A program made the translations under genes and the position numbers. From the NCBI RefSeq assembly GCF_041956535.1, contig NW_027192206.1:523488-587487 (forward strand): a stretch of 64,000 nt of DNA, given 5' to 3'. Below, in pieces: positions 24,421 through 37,812 of the stretch (within the stretch, counting starts at the first letter, position 1; every line of letters begins with the position of its first letter). This DNA comes from Calcarisporiella thermophila CBS 279.70 (lineage: Eukaryota; Fungi; Calcarisporiellomycota). The notes under the pieces were generated by a model, which did not search any database, was not told the DNA's origin, and saw nothing but the letters and a program-made list of their open reading frames with translations.

Positions 24421-26262
24421 GATTCAACAAATACAGCCGTCTTCACTCGAGGCGAAAGAAGGAGAGGGAGCAAGGGAGAGAGGAGTCAGTAGAAAGAAGC
24501 TGGAGCGACAGCTGTCAAAGAGAGAAAAGGAGAGAAGGAGAAGAAAAGATCAAACAATAAGCAAAGAAAAAAGGAGCGAGTCAAAGCAGCTTTGGCACGA
24601 AAAAGTATGAAAGGTTTTCATAAGAGTACAAACTCGAAGATTTTTTTTTAGCTGAGATTTGATAAGAGGATTAGAGTTTAACAAGGGAATCCCGGGCCCA
24701 AAGGAGGGAAATGTCCTTCGAGCGGCCATTGAAAAGGGGTTTCGTTCGGCCAGCAAGAGAAGAAAAAGATAGAAAAGATCTGGGCCTCGGGAGTGAAATA
24801 CCAAATCCTCGCATAATCTCACGCATCGAACCGCATTCCACGGAACCGAAAGTCAGCTCTGAGAAAGCCGAGCACGCTGGATCGATGTTTCGGAAGAGAC
24901 AGCCAGTGGCGCAGCGCCGAGCGGTTTCGCGCGCGAAGGCAAGAAAGGAAAAATGTGAAAAGGAGGGGCTCCATCCTGCGAGGCTAAGTAGTGGCTCCTA
25001 AACCTCCCCCCTCGTCTCCCCAGCCGGGATAACCTTTCTCGGGACGATATGATAAGGTTAGGATTGGAGTTGGTGCTTAATTGCAGGGAAGGGGAAGGTG
25101 GGCGATAAGATTCGCCCGCTCAACCTTAATGCCATGTGGTGCTTACATAAAAATGTATAGCGCGCCGCAATAGGGTTCCGTGGAGGATATATGAACTGAC
25201 GCGAGATGGGAGAGCTAGATGCAAGGAGGAGGAGGAGGAGGAGGAGTTCGCGGCCATGAGAAAATAACACAGAGTCGATGCAAGCTCTGGCACAATATGC
25301 AGCCGGCTCGATCCCCGCCCTTCTTCGCCAGAATGTCAGTGCGGTCGTCTGAGTCCGATGGGCGGGGGCTTGGCTTAGGGGGGAGGGGGAGAGGAGATTC
25401 GGCCGGCTGCGTTGGTAAGTCGACACCAACGGCGCAAGGAGAAAGGTTACAGCAGCCTCAGAAAAAACAAAACAAGCAATGCTTTGGCAGGGCGTGCGAG
25501 CACCAGCGTCCTCCCCCGTCTCCCCTTTCGAGCTCGCGCCGAACACGCCGGCGCGGCCTGGGGCGGTAGCGGGCATGCCAGCGCGTAGCCAAGGTTTTCG
25601 CACTCTATCAAGTGTTTGGCAGCATAGCGAAATGCGAGCGTGTAGCCGGGCACAGGATTTGGAAACAGGCCGGGCTAGGCTATTCTGAGGAGGTGACCTC
25701 ATCGTGGAACCTTCCCCCCCCTTTCCCCGTGTGACGCAGCACAAGACGGAGGAATCGCGGAGATCCAAAATCTCAAACTCAAATCGGGATTCGAAGGTTC
25801 CGCCGGGCCGCAATTGGGACGCTGCAGGGCACACAAGCTTGGGACCAATGGGTCAGCCGCCCCCCATCTGGGATCACGGCTGCCAGCTGTTGCTCGCCGC
25901 GCTCGCAGCTCCTCTTGGTGCTCAGCTTAAAAATCGCCCGCGAGCCGTCCCTGCAGCCAGGCCAAGGCCTCTCGTCCCAGTCGCCTCGCGTCGTTGCGCA
26001 ATCCCCGCTTCAAACTTTACACTGAACCCGAGACACCAAGTAGGTTGGACCGTTGTGTCTGTTTTCTCCCTTTTCTTCCCTTCGCCCGGACCAGGCCATT
26101 TCGACACCCGCCGGCCCCTATATTTTTCTTGCGCACCCGCCCTCTTCCTCTGTTTGCTCTCCCCATCTCCTCATCCCATTCCCAGTCCCATTCAGCCCCT
26201 TCCCCTTCCCCTTCCCCTTCCCCTCCCTCCATCTCGCCCCCGCCATCCCATCCCATTGCACA

Positions 26263-27913
26263 ATGCATGACTCTGAAAAGGTAGAAACCCCGTCGTCCGA
26301 GAAGCAGGAGGTCGTCTCCTCCTCCTCCGGCACCGACGCCGTCCTGGTGGCCGACGCCGAAAAGTCGCTGCCCGTCGACGAGATCGACCCCGCGAAGGAG
26401 GCCCAGCTTGTGCGCAAGCTGGACATGTATCTCCTTCCCCAGCTCGCCCTGTTCTACCTGCTCTCCTTCCTCGATCGGGTCAACATGTAAGTTAGAGTTT
26501 TCTCCCACGCAACCAAACCGCTATCCTTGATCTGGGAACGCTAACCTCGCTCCCACGACCTCCCCTTAGCGGCAATGCCAATGCGGCCCGCCTGTCCGAG
26601 GACTTGAATCTGAGCGGCGCGCAATTCAGCGGCTGTGTCTCGATCTTCTTCGCTGGATATGTGAGTGGCCCGCCTGATTCCCCTGGTTTCAATTTCAACT
26701 AACCAATCTCGCTTAGGTTCTGTTTGAGGTCCCCTCCAATCTCGTCGTGAAAAAGATCGGCCCCGCGCGCTGGCTGCCCTTCATCATGGCCATCTGGAGT
26801 ATCATCACGATCTGTCAGGCTGCCGCCAAGGACTTCGGCTCCCTGTTCGCCTGCCGGTTCTTCTTGGGGGTGGCCGAGGCCGGCCTGGTTCCCGGCATCC
26901 TTCTGTTCCTCACCATGTTCTACAAGCGCAAGGAGATGGCCCGCCGAGTCACCCTGTACTTCTCGGCGGGAACGTTTGCCGGCGCGTTTGGCGGCTTCAT
27001 CGCCTACGGCATCCAGACCACGCTCGAAGGCCGTCACGGATACCGCGCGTGGCAGTGGATCTTCATCATCGAGGGCGTGATGTCACTGGGCATCGCGCTG
27101 ATCGCCTTCTTCACGTTCCCCAGCTTCCCCAGCACGGCCCCCTTCCTCACCCCCGAGGAGCGCGAGCTTGCCGTCAAGCGCTTGAAGATCGCCGACAGCC
27201 TCTACCGTGCCCAGGACGAGTTCCGCAGCTACCACATCCGCTATGCCCTCTTCGACCTCAAGACCTGGATCTACTCCTTCATGTTCCTCTTCCACGCCAT
27301 TCCCCTCTACGCCATCTCCTACTTCCTGCCCACCATCATCAAGACCATGGGCGCCTTCGACCCGCTGATGACCAACCTGATGTCGGCCTTGCCCTACCTC
27401 GTCGCCTGCGTGGTCACGATCATCGTCGGCTTCCTCTCGGACCGCTTTGGAGAGCGCGGCATCCACATGGTCACCCCCCTCTGGGTCACCTTCTTCGCCT
27501 ACATTGCCCTGGCCTGCTACGGCTCCGACCCTGCCAAGCAGTATGCCGCCGTGTTCTTCGTCGCCGCTGGCCTCTTCTCCGCCACGCCTCCCCTGCTCTC
27601 CTGGTTCTCGAACAACTTCGCCGGTCACTACAAGAAGGCGGTCGCCCAGGCCATCATCGTCTCCGTCGGCAACATCGGCGGGGTCATCTCCGGGCAGATC
27701 TACACCAAGGACGATGCTCCCCTTTACCACCGCGGCCACGGCCTCTCCGCCCTCTTCATTGGCCTGATGGCCCTCCTGGGTATGGCCCTCAAGTTTATGC
27801 TCTGGCGCGAGAACAAGAGGCGTGCCAACCTGCCGCCCGAGCAGCGCAAGCAAATCATCGATGCCGACAGCGATCTCGGGGACAAGCACCCCGACTTCCG
27901 TTATATCCACTAG
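26263..27913 (+). CDS. MFS transporter, anion:cation symporter DAL5/TNA1 family
   Basis: EAQLVRKLDMYLLP..LFYLLSFLDRVN.GNA; FEVPSNL; RFFLGVAEAG; FYKRKE; WQWIFIIEG; SDRFGERG; C-terminal DLGDKHPDFRY; strong GC3 bias. Confidence 0.92.
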
Positions 27914-28929
27914 TGGTACCCCCCCATAGGGTGTGGTTTCTTTTTGGTTTTCGTTTTCGTGAAAAACATTCTATATCTTTTAAAAAGAAAAGATCTTCTT
28001 AGATATTAATATTAATTGTAAGCCTATCCGTTTTATACTATTTCTATTATTTCCTTTTTTTTTTCTTTACCTCCTAATACCCTCTTGCTATCTCAGCTTG
28101 TTTCGCCGCCCCTTTCCTCACCCCGCCCGCCCGCTTATTTATTTATTCTTTTGCTTGCTCTTCTTCATTTCTCTCGTAGTTTATAAGATAGAATACATAT
28201 TTTGTATCCTATAGTCTCAAGGTGACAAAGATGGAAACGGTGAAAACCAAGTTGGTCTAAATTAAACCTTCAAACGGGTGTCTCCTAAAGGAACTCTTGG
28301 CTTATGTTTCCGAGAATAAGTTTGTGTTCATAGTGGACACGGATGCATTCTCTTCACTTTCTCTCTTCTTTCTCTTTTTAAAGGATGAATTCCCCCGGAG
28401 GAGAAGTCGGCATCACCCAGAGGTAGTGCGATACTGGGGACACCGGTGGGGGTGAGGATGGCAAGCCAGAGCCTCGCCGCCCGCTGACCAAAAATCAGTT
28501 TGATATCAAGAACTGGGACGTGCCCAGTGGAACAGATATCAAGCTGTTCAGAACAGATACTACACTTGATCTTAGCCAATAGGCCTGAGAGGATAGGGAA
28601 ACCAGGCTTGCCTACTTGGATAGAGCCTTTATAGGACGTGAAAGAGAATAGGTTAGGTTAGAGATGTGGTAAATCCAACGGGGAGTAAACAAGTAGGGGC
28701 TGGGCCATTTGGCGCCAGATGGGAGGGAATGTCTATAGATCGATTTCTCGTGCCGAGCGTTTCTGGTGAAAGAGAAAAAATCATGATCATCGCCGGTAAA
28801 ACAGCGCCCAGTCCAGATACTTTCAATTCAAGAACGCTTTATTGAACATACCCATCCTCCACCAAGCTCTATCACAAAGAAACCCAATGTATATATATAA
28901 ATATATATAACTATATACGATCAACGTAT

Positions 28930-29561
28930 TTATTTCTTCCCAAAGATGTTCTTCATTTTGCTCATTAGGCCGGGCTGATCCTGCGACGCGGTGGAGGATC
29001 TATCTTCGAGAACATTGGTGTCATATTGCGTGGCCTGTTCGCCCTGCGCAGCTTCTCCTTGCATCGCTTTGGAAAGCTCCATGATGGTGCTCATATCGAG
29101 TTGAATGCCGGCGGCCTGGAATTGCTGTGAAATTTCGCCCACCTTCTCCTTGATCTAGGCCGCGGAAACAAGTTTCAGTTAGTAAGGGTACACCTGAATC
29201 CCATGCCCATGAAAAGGGGCCCTATTTCTACCTGCGAATCCGTCATAAGCTTCATCATTTGCATGAAGCTTGGCGGCTTGGCTCCCGTGACATCGAGACC
29301 TTTCTCCTGCAGCAGCTGCGTGAACTCGGTGAGCGAGTGCAAGATATGCGGGTTGCTGGCCAGCTGCTGAATGAGAGGGTGATTGGGATCGACGCCTCGG
29401 TGCCCGCTCTCATTCTGATCGCGATGGAACGGGGACGAGTGGAAGGATCGATTTAGCGCAGGAGAGACGACTCTGGTCGGGCACACGGGACGAGAAATCC
29501 GCGGGGAGAAGGCAGCATAAGGGCGAAAGAGAACGTGAAGACGAGAGGGAAGACGCGACAT
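28930..29561 (-). CDS. Hypothetical protein with predicted mitochondrial presequence and STI1-like helical motifs
   Basis: Arg/Ser-rich N-terminus ending RSFHSS; LIQQLASNP and PSFMQMMKLMTDSQ; one GT-AG intron (~29157-29231) joins the two ORFs. Confidence 0.7.
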
Positions 29562-29936
29562 GGAGCTTTTCGATCTGAAATGGAATGTTTCCTTCTTTTT
29601 TCGGCTCTTGACAAAAACGTCAACCTGTATCCGAAGGGGGGGATCGGGCTCGAATCTCGAACAGAGAAATTGCGGCGCAGCATTTTTTTCCCACTTGACT
29701 CTTTGGTGGCCACCTCCGCTTTTTCCTGACAAGGTGAAAAGAGATACTGAACTTGAAATTGTAATATTGTCGCTCTGACTTTGGTCAGGATGCCGGTCAA
29801 TTCGGATTCTATATGGCATCGAACTTACGCGCGCACCTCACCGCACAGGCCAGTGACCCTCTATCGCCCGCCGCTGCCCCTACTTTCGCCCCCCAACCAT
29901 TCGGACATCTACGGCAAAAACAAATCGCCCTCCTCC

Positions 29937-30631
29937 ATGCCATTCACTAGCATCGACGACGAAGAATATCTGCGGTTTGAAATTGTAACCCATGACGGCG
30001 GCGTATTTAGCCACGCGTACTCGATCGAGAATATTTTGCACGATGATGCAACGGTGTATTGGTATGGTAGTCAAGAACTTCCATTGGGGGCCATGATTTG
30101 GCTGATCCCTTTTGCGTCTACTCTACAGCTCTTCCAAGGCCGGCAACGTCAACATTCTACTCCGCTTCAACGATCCCCACCACACAGACACCACGTGTGT
30201 TCTCACGTCTTTCATAATCAAGGCCCCGGCCTACGGATTCACCGCGCCCTGCACCGAAGGCCTTCTCTTCATTTCCCACGAGCCCATCTCCGAACAGGAT
30301 ACCGCGCAGTACGACGACTATACTATCGAGGATTACGATGAGTTACAGGACACGGTGGAGGATCAGGAAAGCATGCTCCGCCCCGCCGCCTATTTCTCGC
30401 TGGAGGCTCCAAATGGGTATTTTTCGCGCACGCAGTTGAACCATCGCTCTGCACGCTATGTCCTGGTGAAGCTGCTGCGGTCGGATGGGAATTCAAACAA
30501 TATAGACGTCCAATATATCGGGTTCATGGGTAAGTCCGAGCTGCGTTTTGAACCTCCTGGTGTGGCCCTGCTAACCGCGCTTCCTAGGTTATACTGGCGC
30601 GAGAAGCTTTCCCAATGGACCTTTTCGCTAG
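29937..30631 (+). CDS. Conserved hypothetical protein, galactose-binding/discoidin-like beta-sandwich
   Basis: Three exons: LRFEIVTHDGGVFSHAYSIENILHDDATVYCSSK..NILLRF...IIKAPAYGFTAP...RYVLVKLL...NIDVQYIGFMG; clean splice sites. Confidence 0.7.
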
Positions 30632-31931
30632 CTCTCCCCTTCTCCCCCCCCCCCCCCTTCGCCTTCTTAGCTAATTTGAATATGCTGTATAATATTTTCT
30701 TGAACATCATTTCAATGGATATGCTGTCAGTTTCTGTATAACTATTTTTCTTTTTTTTATTAACAACTTTTTTTTCTTTCCCGCTCGCATTGGATTCACG
30801 AACACCATTGCCATCATCTCTGGCCAGTAATATGACAATTACAGAGTGGAAAGTAGGAGGAAAAAAATAGATATACTGTTTTGATGCAATAAAACAAGGT
30901 TATATCGGAACCATATCCCTGCTCAGCGAGGCTGCTGTGCACTTCAGAGGGCTGGCTCGGGAATGAGTCCTTCCCCTCCGGTGTTTCTGGGTGATTCGCC
31001 TTGGAACTTGAGCCGCTAGATGCGCAATAGTTCTGTACGAAATTCGATTTGTGCCACCATTGCTGGTAGAATAGGCAACTTAATCGCCTCGCTGAAAAGC
31101 GACCGGCTTGGCATACGGGGAGGAACCGTATGCGAACTCTCCACACCCTCAGGGGGAGATAGAGTTCTTGGCAGTGCCACCCTCATTTAAAAATAAAAAC
31201 CATATTCTCCATCGCCCTGGAGGAAAATAGTTTAAACCCGGATCCAATATAGTAGGTGACACAGTTAAGGGCTCTTTATATTCGGTGGGATTTAACCTCG
31301 TTGTGAGGCCAAAGGAGAGCAACGTCATCCGCAAGGTAGTCGCTGTATTTAGGACTGATTTCAGAATTATATCCGTCACGTCTGTCGAAAAATATATCGA
31401 GGATGAATATGGCTCTCGTTTCTCACTTAGCAGGCGAATTGCTTATTATTCGATGAGCTGCAATATAATATTGCTAATCCGTATTCCAAACCCAAACCTC
31501 ACTCTCAAACATTTTAATAGCCAGATAACCGCACGTATCAGTGTTCACCCATAGTGTTTATGAGTAGTGTGTCTTATTTCTATAAAAACGACCATTTTTT
31601 CGATCAAAGAACGCATGAAATTTCGCTGTTGAAGACGCACTATAACCAGCCTCCAGTGGCGAAAGCGGCTCTCCCGCGAGCAAAATTAACGGCCTATTAA
31701 GAGGTGGAAGTGGGGGGCAGAGAGCGCAACCCCCTAGAATTCATGTAGCAGCGAGGAATCCATGGTGCGGAAGCCAAGGTTCGATTTCTCTCTCCCTGGA
31801 TTCCCCATGGAGCCTTAGGATGAATAAAGAAAATTCTCCTTCTTTATTACACGAGTAAAAAAGAAAGAAAAAAGACAGAGTAAACGAGGGCGCATATAGA
31901 AAATAAACTTGTTTTATTAAGAGCCTTCCAC

Positions 31932-32898
31932 CTAATAGAAAGTCGTGGGCCGCTTGGCAACGAACACAGAGCTCTTGGCCTTGTCCCGGAGCTGGACGCG
32001 GTGCGGCAGCGGGAAGCGGAGCTTGGGCACCAACAGCTGCTTGATGTAGGGGCGGCGAACGTCGGCGTTCTTGACCTCAGCAACACGGATGATCTGGATG
32101 GAGCTGAAGCGGGCGCGGTGGCGGGCAGCCATGTCCTGGTAGCAGGCCTCGACGGCAGCAACGCGGGAGAGCTCGCGGAACTCCTTGTACATGTTGTGGG
32201 TACCGCTGCGGGAGTCGTAGCGGAGCCAGACACCGAAGTTCTTGACGGTGTCAGGGCGCTTCTCGAAGATCTGTTCACCCAGGGGGACTGAGTTAATTCC
32301 CGGCTCTCTACCCCCTCTCCTCGGAGACGATCCGATTCAAGGGGCAAATCAAAATCCTCAGAGCTTACCTCGTTCACTGAGACGATCTCGCCCGCAGCTT
32401 TCTTGACCTTGCGGAGCTTCCTCAGGAAGTACCAGAAACGGCTCTTGGCCACAACCTCATTAGGAGCAAACAAGCGCATGCGGTAGAGCTTGGGCACGGG
32501 CTCCGACTTGGAGGGGAGCTTACGGCCAACCACTTGATATTCGTGCAGCTACATGGGAAGAAAAAAAAAGAAGAATGGCGATTAATTAGGATAGATCGAT
32601 CAACATCATGCTTCATCCAGCCATCGCCCATGTTCCATCCATTTTGCCCATCCTACACCCCCCATCCCCGTCCATCCATTCCGTTGGATCAAAGGAGCAA
32701 AGGTCTGCACCTCGTGCCCTCCTTTGCCCGCATCCTACTGCCGCCCCCTCTTCCTCCATCCATCCATCCCCTCATCCAACCGAATACCCATCCATCACCC
32801 CACCCTCTTTGGCTCTCTAGCGGCTACTCCTCCCCACACTAGCCTCCCTCCCATCCCATTTCTATATCCTATCTCAGGTATATACTCACCCTGGCCAT
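31932..32898 (-). CDS. RPL20: 60S ribosomal protein eL20 (L20/L18a)
   Basis: MAR|[12 protein letters not shown]...[22 protein letters not shown]...|[31 protein letters not shown]...[14 protein letters not shown]...FPLPHR; strong codon bias. Confidence 0.97.
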
Positions 32899-33342
32899 TT
32901 TCCTAATATCGATTTTCCAAAGGAATAAAAAAAAGAAGGACCGAACAAGATGATGAAGTGGAGATCTTTGAATGGGATCGAGAAACCTGCCCTCGACTTA
33001 ATTTTTCCAAAATTCTTGCCCGACTATGATGATGAGGGGGGCCACCAATGAAAAAGGAATGATTTCAGAGACTTCCAATACAGCTCTCCAAATTTATTAG
33101 TCTTCTCTTCGCGAGATATATTAATAGGGGTAAAATAGGGTGGAATAGGCTAGAATAGAGTTAAAAAAAAAAAGAGAGAGAGAAATGGAAAGAATATAGA
33201 ATAGAGAAGCAAATGCAAGAAAAAACAATTATATCAGAATTAACAGAGAGAGAAAAAAAATAGGTATTGAACGCTTTGGATCGTCCCCCCAAAATAATAT
33301 ATTAACTTGTATGTATATGGGGAGAGAACTCAGTGCATATAT

Positions 33343-34422
<1,080 letters not shown>

Positions 34423-34734
34423 TAAGAGATAGCAATTGGAGGAGCAACCGCGGCGAAATGAAGTAGTTTGCTTAAATAAGAAGATAAATAGCGTCGAGAC
34501 TGATTTCCTCCAGTATTTACAACGTTTCACTTCGCTTTTCGAGTCAGGGGAAGAGAGATAACGCAATGGTCTCGAATACAAGATGACACTCGAGACGTTT
34601 TATCGAGACGAGCCGAAAAAAAAAGTGTGACGTTGAATTGTTACGTAACGGTTTTTTCTTTGAAAATCCTTTGCTCGAACTTTTGCATTGATCTTGGTAT
34701 CCATATCAATCGAAGCCATAGATCATTCATAAAG

Positions 34735-36253
34735 ATGGGAAAGGATGGAGGATTTCTCACGCCCAAGGCTATTGCCAATCGCATGAAGGTGAGTTGTTTA
34801 GGCTGTTTGTCCATCAGGCTGAGATGTAGATAAAAGGGTCCTGATTTTCGATAATAACTAATCGCTTTTTCATTTTCCACCCCTCCTTTAAAAGGCCAAG
34901 GGTCTTCAAAAGTTAAGGTGGTATTGCCAAGTATGTGAAAAGCAGTGCCGAGATGAGAACGGCTTCAAGGTAGGTGGATCGACTATTATTTATGTTTAAG
35001 CACATTGGATGTATTTATATGCCCTTGTTCCCATGTATAGTGCCACTGTGCATCAGAATCCCATCAGCGGCAACTTCTCCTTGTCGCCGAGAATCCCTAC
35101 AAACACATTGAGAATTATTCACGCGAATTTTTGACCGGCTTTGTTGATTTGCTTTCGAGGCGGTACAACACAAAGCGAGTGCATGCAAATCAAGTATACC
35201 AAGAGTACATCTCTGACCGGAACCATTTGCACATGAATGCCACCAAATGGGATACGCTGACGGGATTTGTGAAATACCTGGGAAGACAGGGCATCTGCCA
35301 CGTGGATGAAACACCCAAAGGCTGGTTCATTCAATGGATAGATAACAGCCCCGAAGCTCTGAAAAGACAGGTAAGCATTGACCACTCATGGCCTCTGGGC
35401 CTTTCTGGGTATGGGTGATTCATTAGGTTTGCTTTTTCTTTTTTTTTTGCTTGGCATTTATTAGGCTGCTATTCAAAAGAAAGAACGCCAAGATGTAGAT
35501 GATGAGCAGCGAGAGCAGCGGATGATACAAGAGCAAATTGAGCGGGCAAGACGAGAAGCAGAAGAGAAAAACCGGCTTGACGAGGCGGAATACACCGAGC
35601 TTCAACGTTCCAAAGAGGATGAAAAAATCAAGCTCGCCATCTCGCTTAAACCCCCCACCACTACCACCGCCACCACCGCTACCACCACCCCTAATACTAC
35701 CTCCAATACCATTACCAATGGCAAACCAAAGCCACTGAGTGCCCTGATTTCTGCTTCAGCACCTCCGAAAAAACCCACCTCGCTAGCTGCATTGGCTGCG
35801 AAAAATAGTTCGAAAGCCCCGGCCAATGGCAATGAGGGTGGGGAAAAGCGTAAACTAACAGCCATGGAGGAAATCATCCTGGCTGAGCAGGAGCGCAAAA
35901 AACGACGTGAGCAGTCGAGCCATCGAGACAGGGGATCGGAGCGAGACAGAAGTGATAGATTGAGCGAACGTGGCTCTGAGAGGGATGGTGACCGTTATGA
36001 AAGAGAGACGCGATACAGCGAGCGAGAGAGAGAAAGGGAGAAGGATCGGGAAAGAGATAGAGATAGAGACAGAGAAAGGGATAGATATAAGGAGAGGGAT
36101 AGAGATCGGGAACGATATAGAGAGAGAAGCCGAGAGAGAGAGAAGGATAGGGAGAGGGATAGAGAGAGGGATAGGGACCGAGACAGAGAGAGAGGTAGAG
36201 AACGTGAAAGATATGGAGATCGGGATCGGGAAAAGGATCGGGAGAGGAGCTGA
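34735..36253 (+). CDS. KIN17: KIN17/Rts2 zinc-finger DNA/RNA-binding protein with RD/RE-repeat tail
   Basis: TPKAIANRMKAKGLQKLRWYCQVCEKQCRDENGFKCHCASESHQRQ; HLHMNATKW.TLTGFVKYLGR; ETPKGWFIQWID. Confidence 0.93.
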
Positions 36254-37812
36254 GGTAGGAGATTGGCTGAGGGTTTACTTTAAAAAGGCATTCCATCTTG
36301 CCTTATACGTAGCTTTAGCTCTTGAAGATCGAGAGCAAATTCTGTTTCGGATATCAAGCTCCAGGTATCTAGCCCGCATTCTTTGCCGCACGCTCATTCG
36401 ACCGATTCCTCCCCTCTATTTTCACTCGAGCCTTATCCCGTTTTTTATTTACTGTTTTTAATTTGTGTAATAGAATCAATAAATCAGCGCAATCTCTGAT
36501 TCTTGTCGGTTATTTATCGAGTGGCCAGCTCCACGCTGATCAAAATATTTGCAAGCTTTGTACTCGGTGAGCCATTACAATACGTAATTACCTGGGCCGC
36601 ACCGGCTCGACACTCGCTAAGCTTGCACCTCACGGCAATAATTGGAAATAAAAGCCTAATTAGCAGCAAATTTACTGCTTGTGGCCTAGGGCGATAAAAC
36701 CTGGTGTAATGGGGGGGGGGTGTGGGAAGGCCTGCGCGAGGACGTTAGCCAAAAACCTCCCGCCCGCATTCATTAGGGAAAATGTCACAAAGCATGTTTG
36801 TTTTTGTTTGGCTGGGGGGGGGGGGGAGGGAGGGAGGGCGACAGGATTGGCTTGTGTTGTTCAAGACAGGAGGATCGGATGGGATGGTTGGCCTCGGAAG
36901 TCTCTTAGAGGGTCCTTCCCTTTTTGCTCAACGATCACTCTAAGCCCAAACCCACATGAAAAATTGGCAGCACGAGCTCCCATTTGCCCCCCGCCCTCCC
37001 CCAGCGAAATCGATACGCCATGCCTTTCACTAATGAGGGAGGTTCCGATATCGGGCGACGAGACAGGTGTTACCAGGACCAAGAGAGAAAAATGTCTAAG
37101 TAGTGAATCCGAGACATGGCCACTGTAACGTTTGACTTGGAACTCTGGATCAAGCGTAACACCTGTCTATTCCTCCTTCTGGGCCTTGGATTTTCAAGCT
37201 CTGGGATTTGCACTGTGATTCCGCGGATTTTAACCAGGGTTTGGAGGGGGGAGGGGGCGAGGGGGGGAGGGGGAGTGATGGGAGTGCTGATGAAAAACCG
37301 TGGGCAATTCGAGTGGGAAAAGGCAAGGCCTTCTTAGGGGAGGAATTGAGACATTTTCACTTGTCATGCTTACCTTATTGTTTTCTTTGGAATTGCTTTC
37401 TCATTTCTAATGAGACCGTGCTAACCAGGCTGGATCCAACAATATACACGCGAGGCAGGACTGGATCCCCCTCGAAAAAGGTACAGCGTTCAATGCCAGG
37501 ATCATTTATTATATTATATAAATAAAACCGACCGCTGTGTTGCCAGGTTTCACTCTTGTTACGGGCTGAGCTTTTCACAGGCGGCCCGCCAAATATATAT
37601 ACCTAGAAGGCCGCTTTTTTTTGGCTTTCCATCCCGTTTGGCTTTCAAGGACGAAAAAACGATAGGGCTACTTTGTCGCTAGTGTGCTTTCCCTCCTCTT
37701 TCCCCCCCGGCTGGTCTGTCTTTCCAATCCACTCGCCCTACTCTTTGCCACCCCCACCCCCACCCCTGTCGCTTGAGAACCTTGCCTTTGCGGCCGTGAG
37801 AGCAAGAAGAAC

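Noticed and set aside
25058-26270. Several 100-260 aa ORFs between the GPCR and MFS genes
   Set aside because: GC-rich divergent promoter region; low-complexity translations with no domain motifs or splice pattern.
27049-28002. Long alternative-frame and antisense ORFs (317 aa, 275 aa) over the MFS transporter
   Set aside because: Expected shadow ORFs from extreme GC3 bias; no recognisable protein features.
31650-31800. A-box-like (TGGCGAAAGCGG) and B-box-like (GGTTCGATTTC) motifs suggesting a Pol III RNA
   Set aside because: No cloverleaf or other convincing fold; the motifs are short enough to occur by chance.
32552-32889. snoRNA in the long first intron of RPL20
   Set aside because: No matched C/D boxes with terminal stem or H/ACA hairpins found; mostly purine-rich low complexity on the sense strand.
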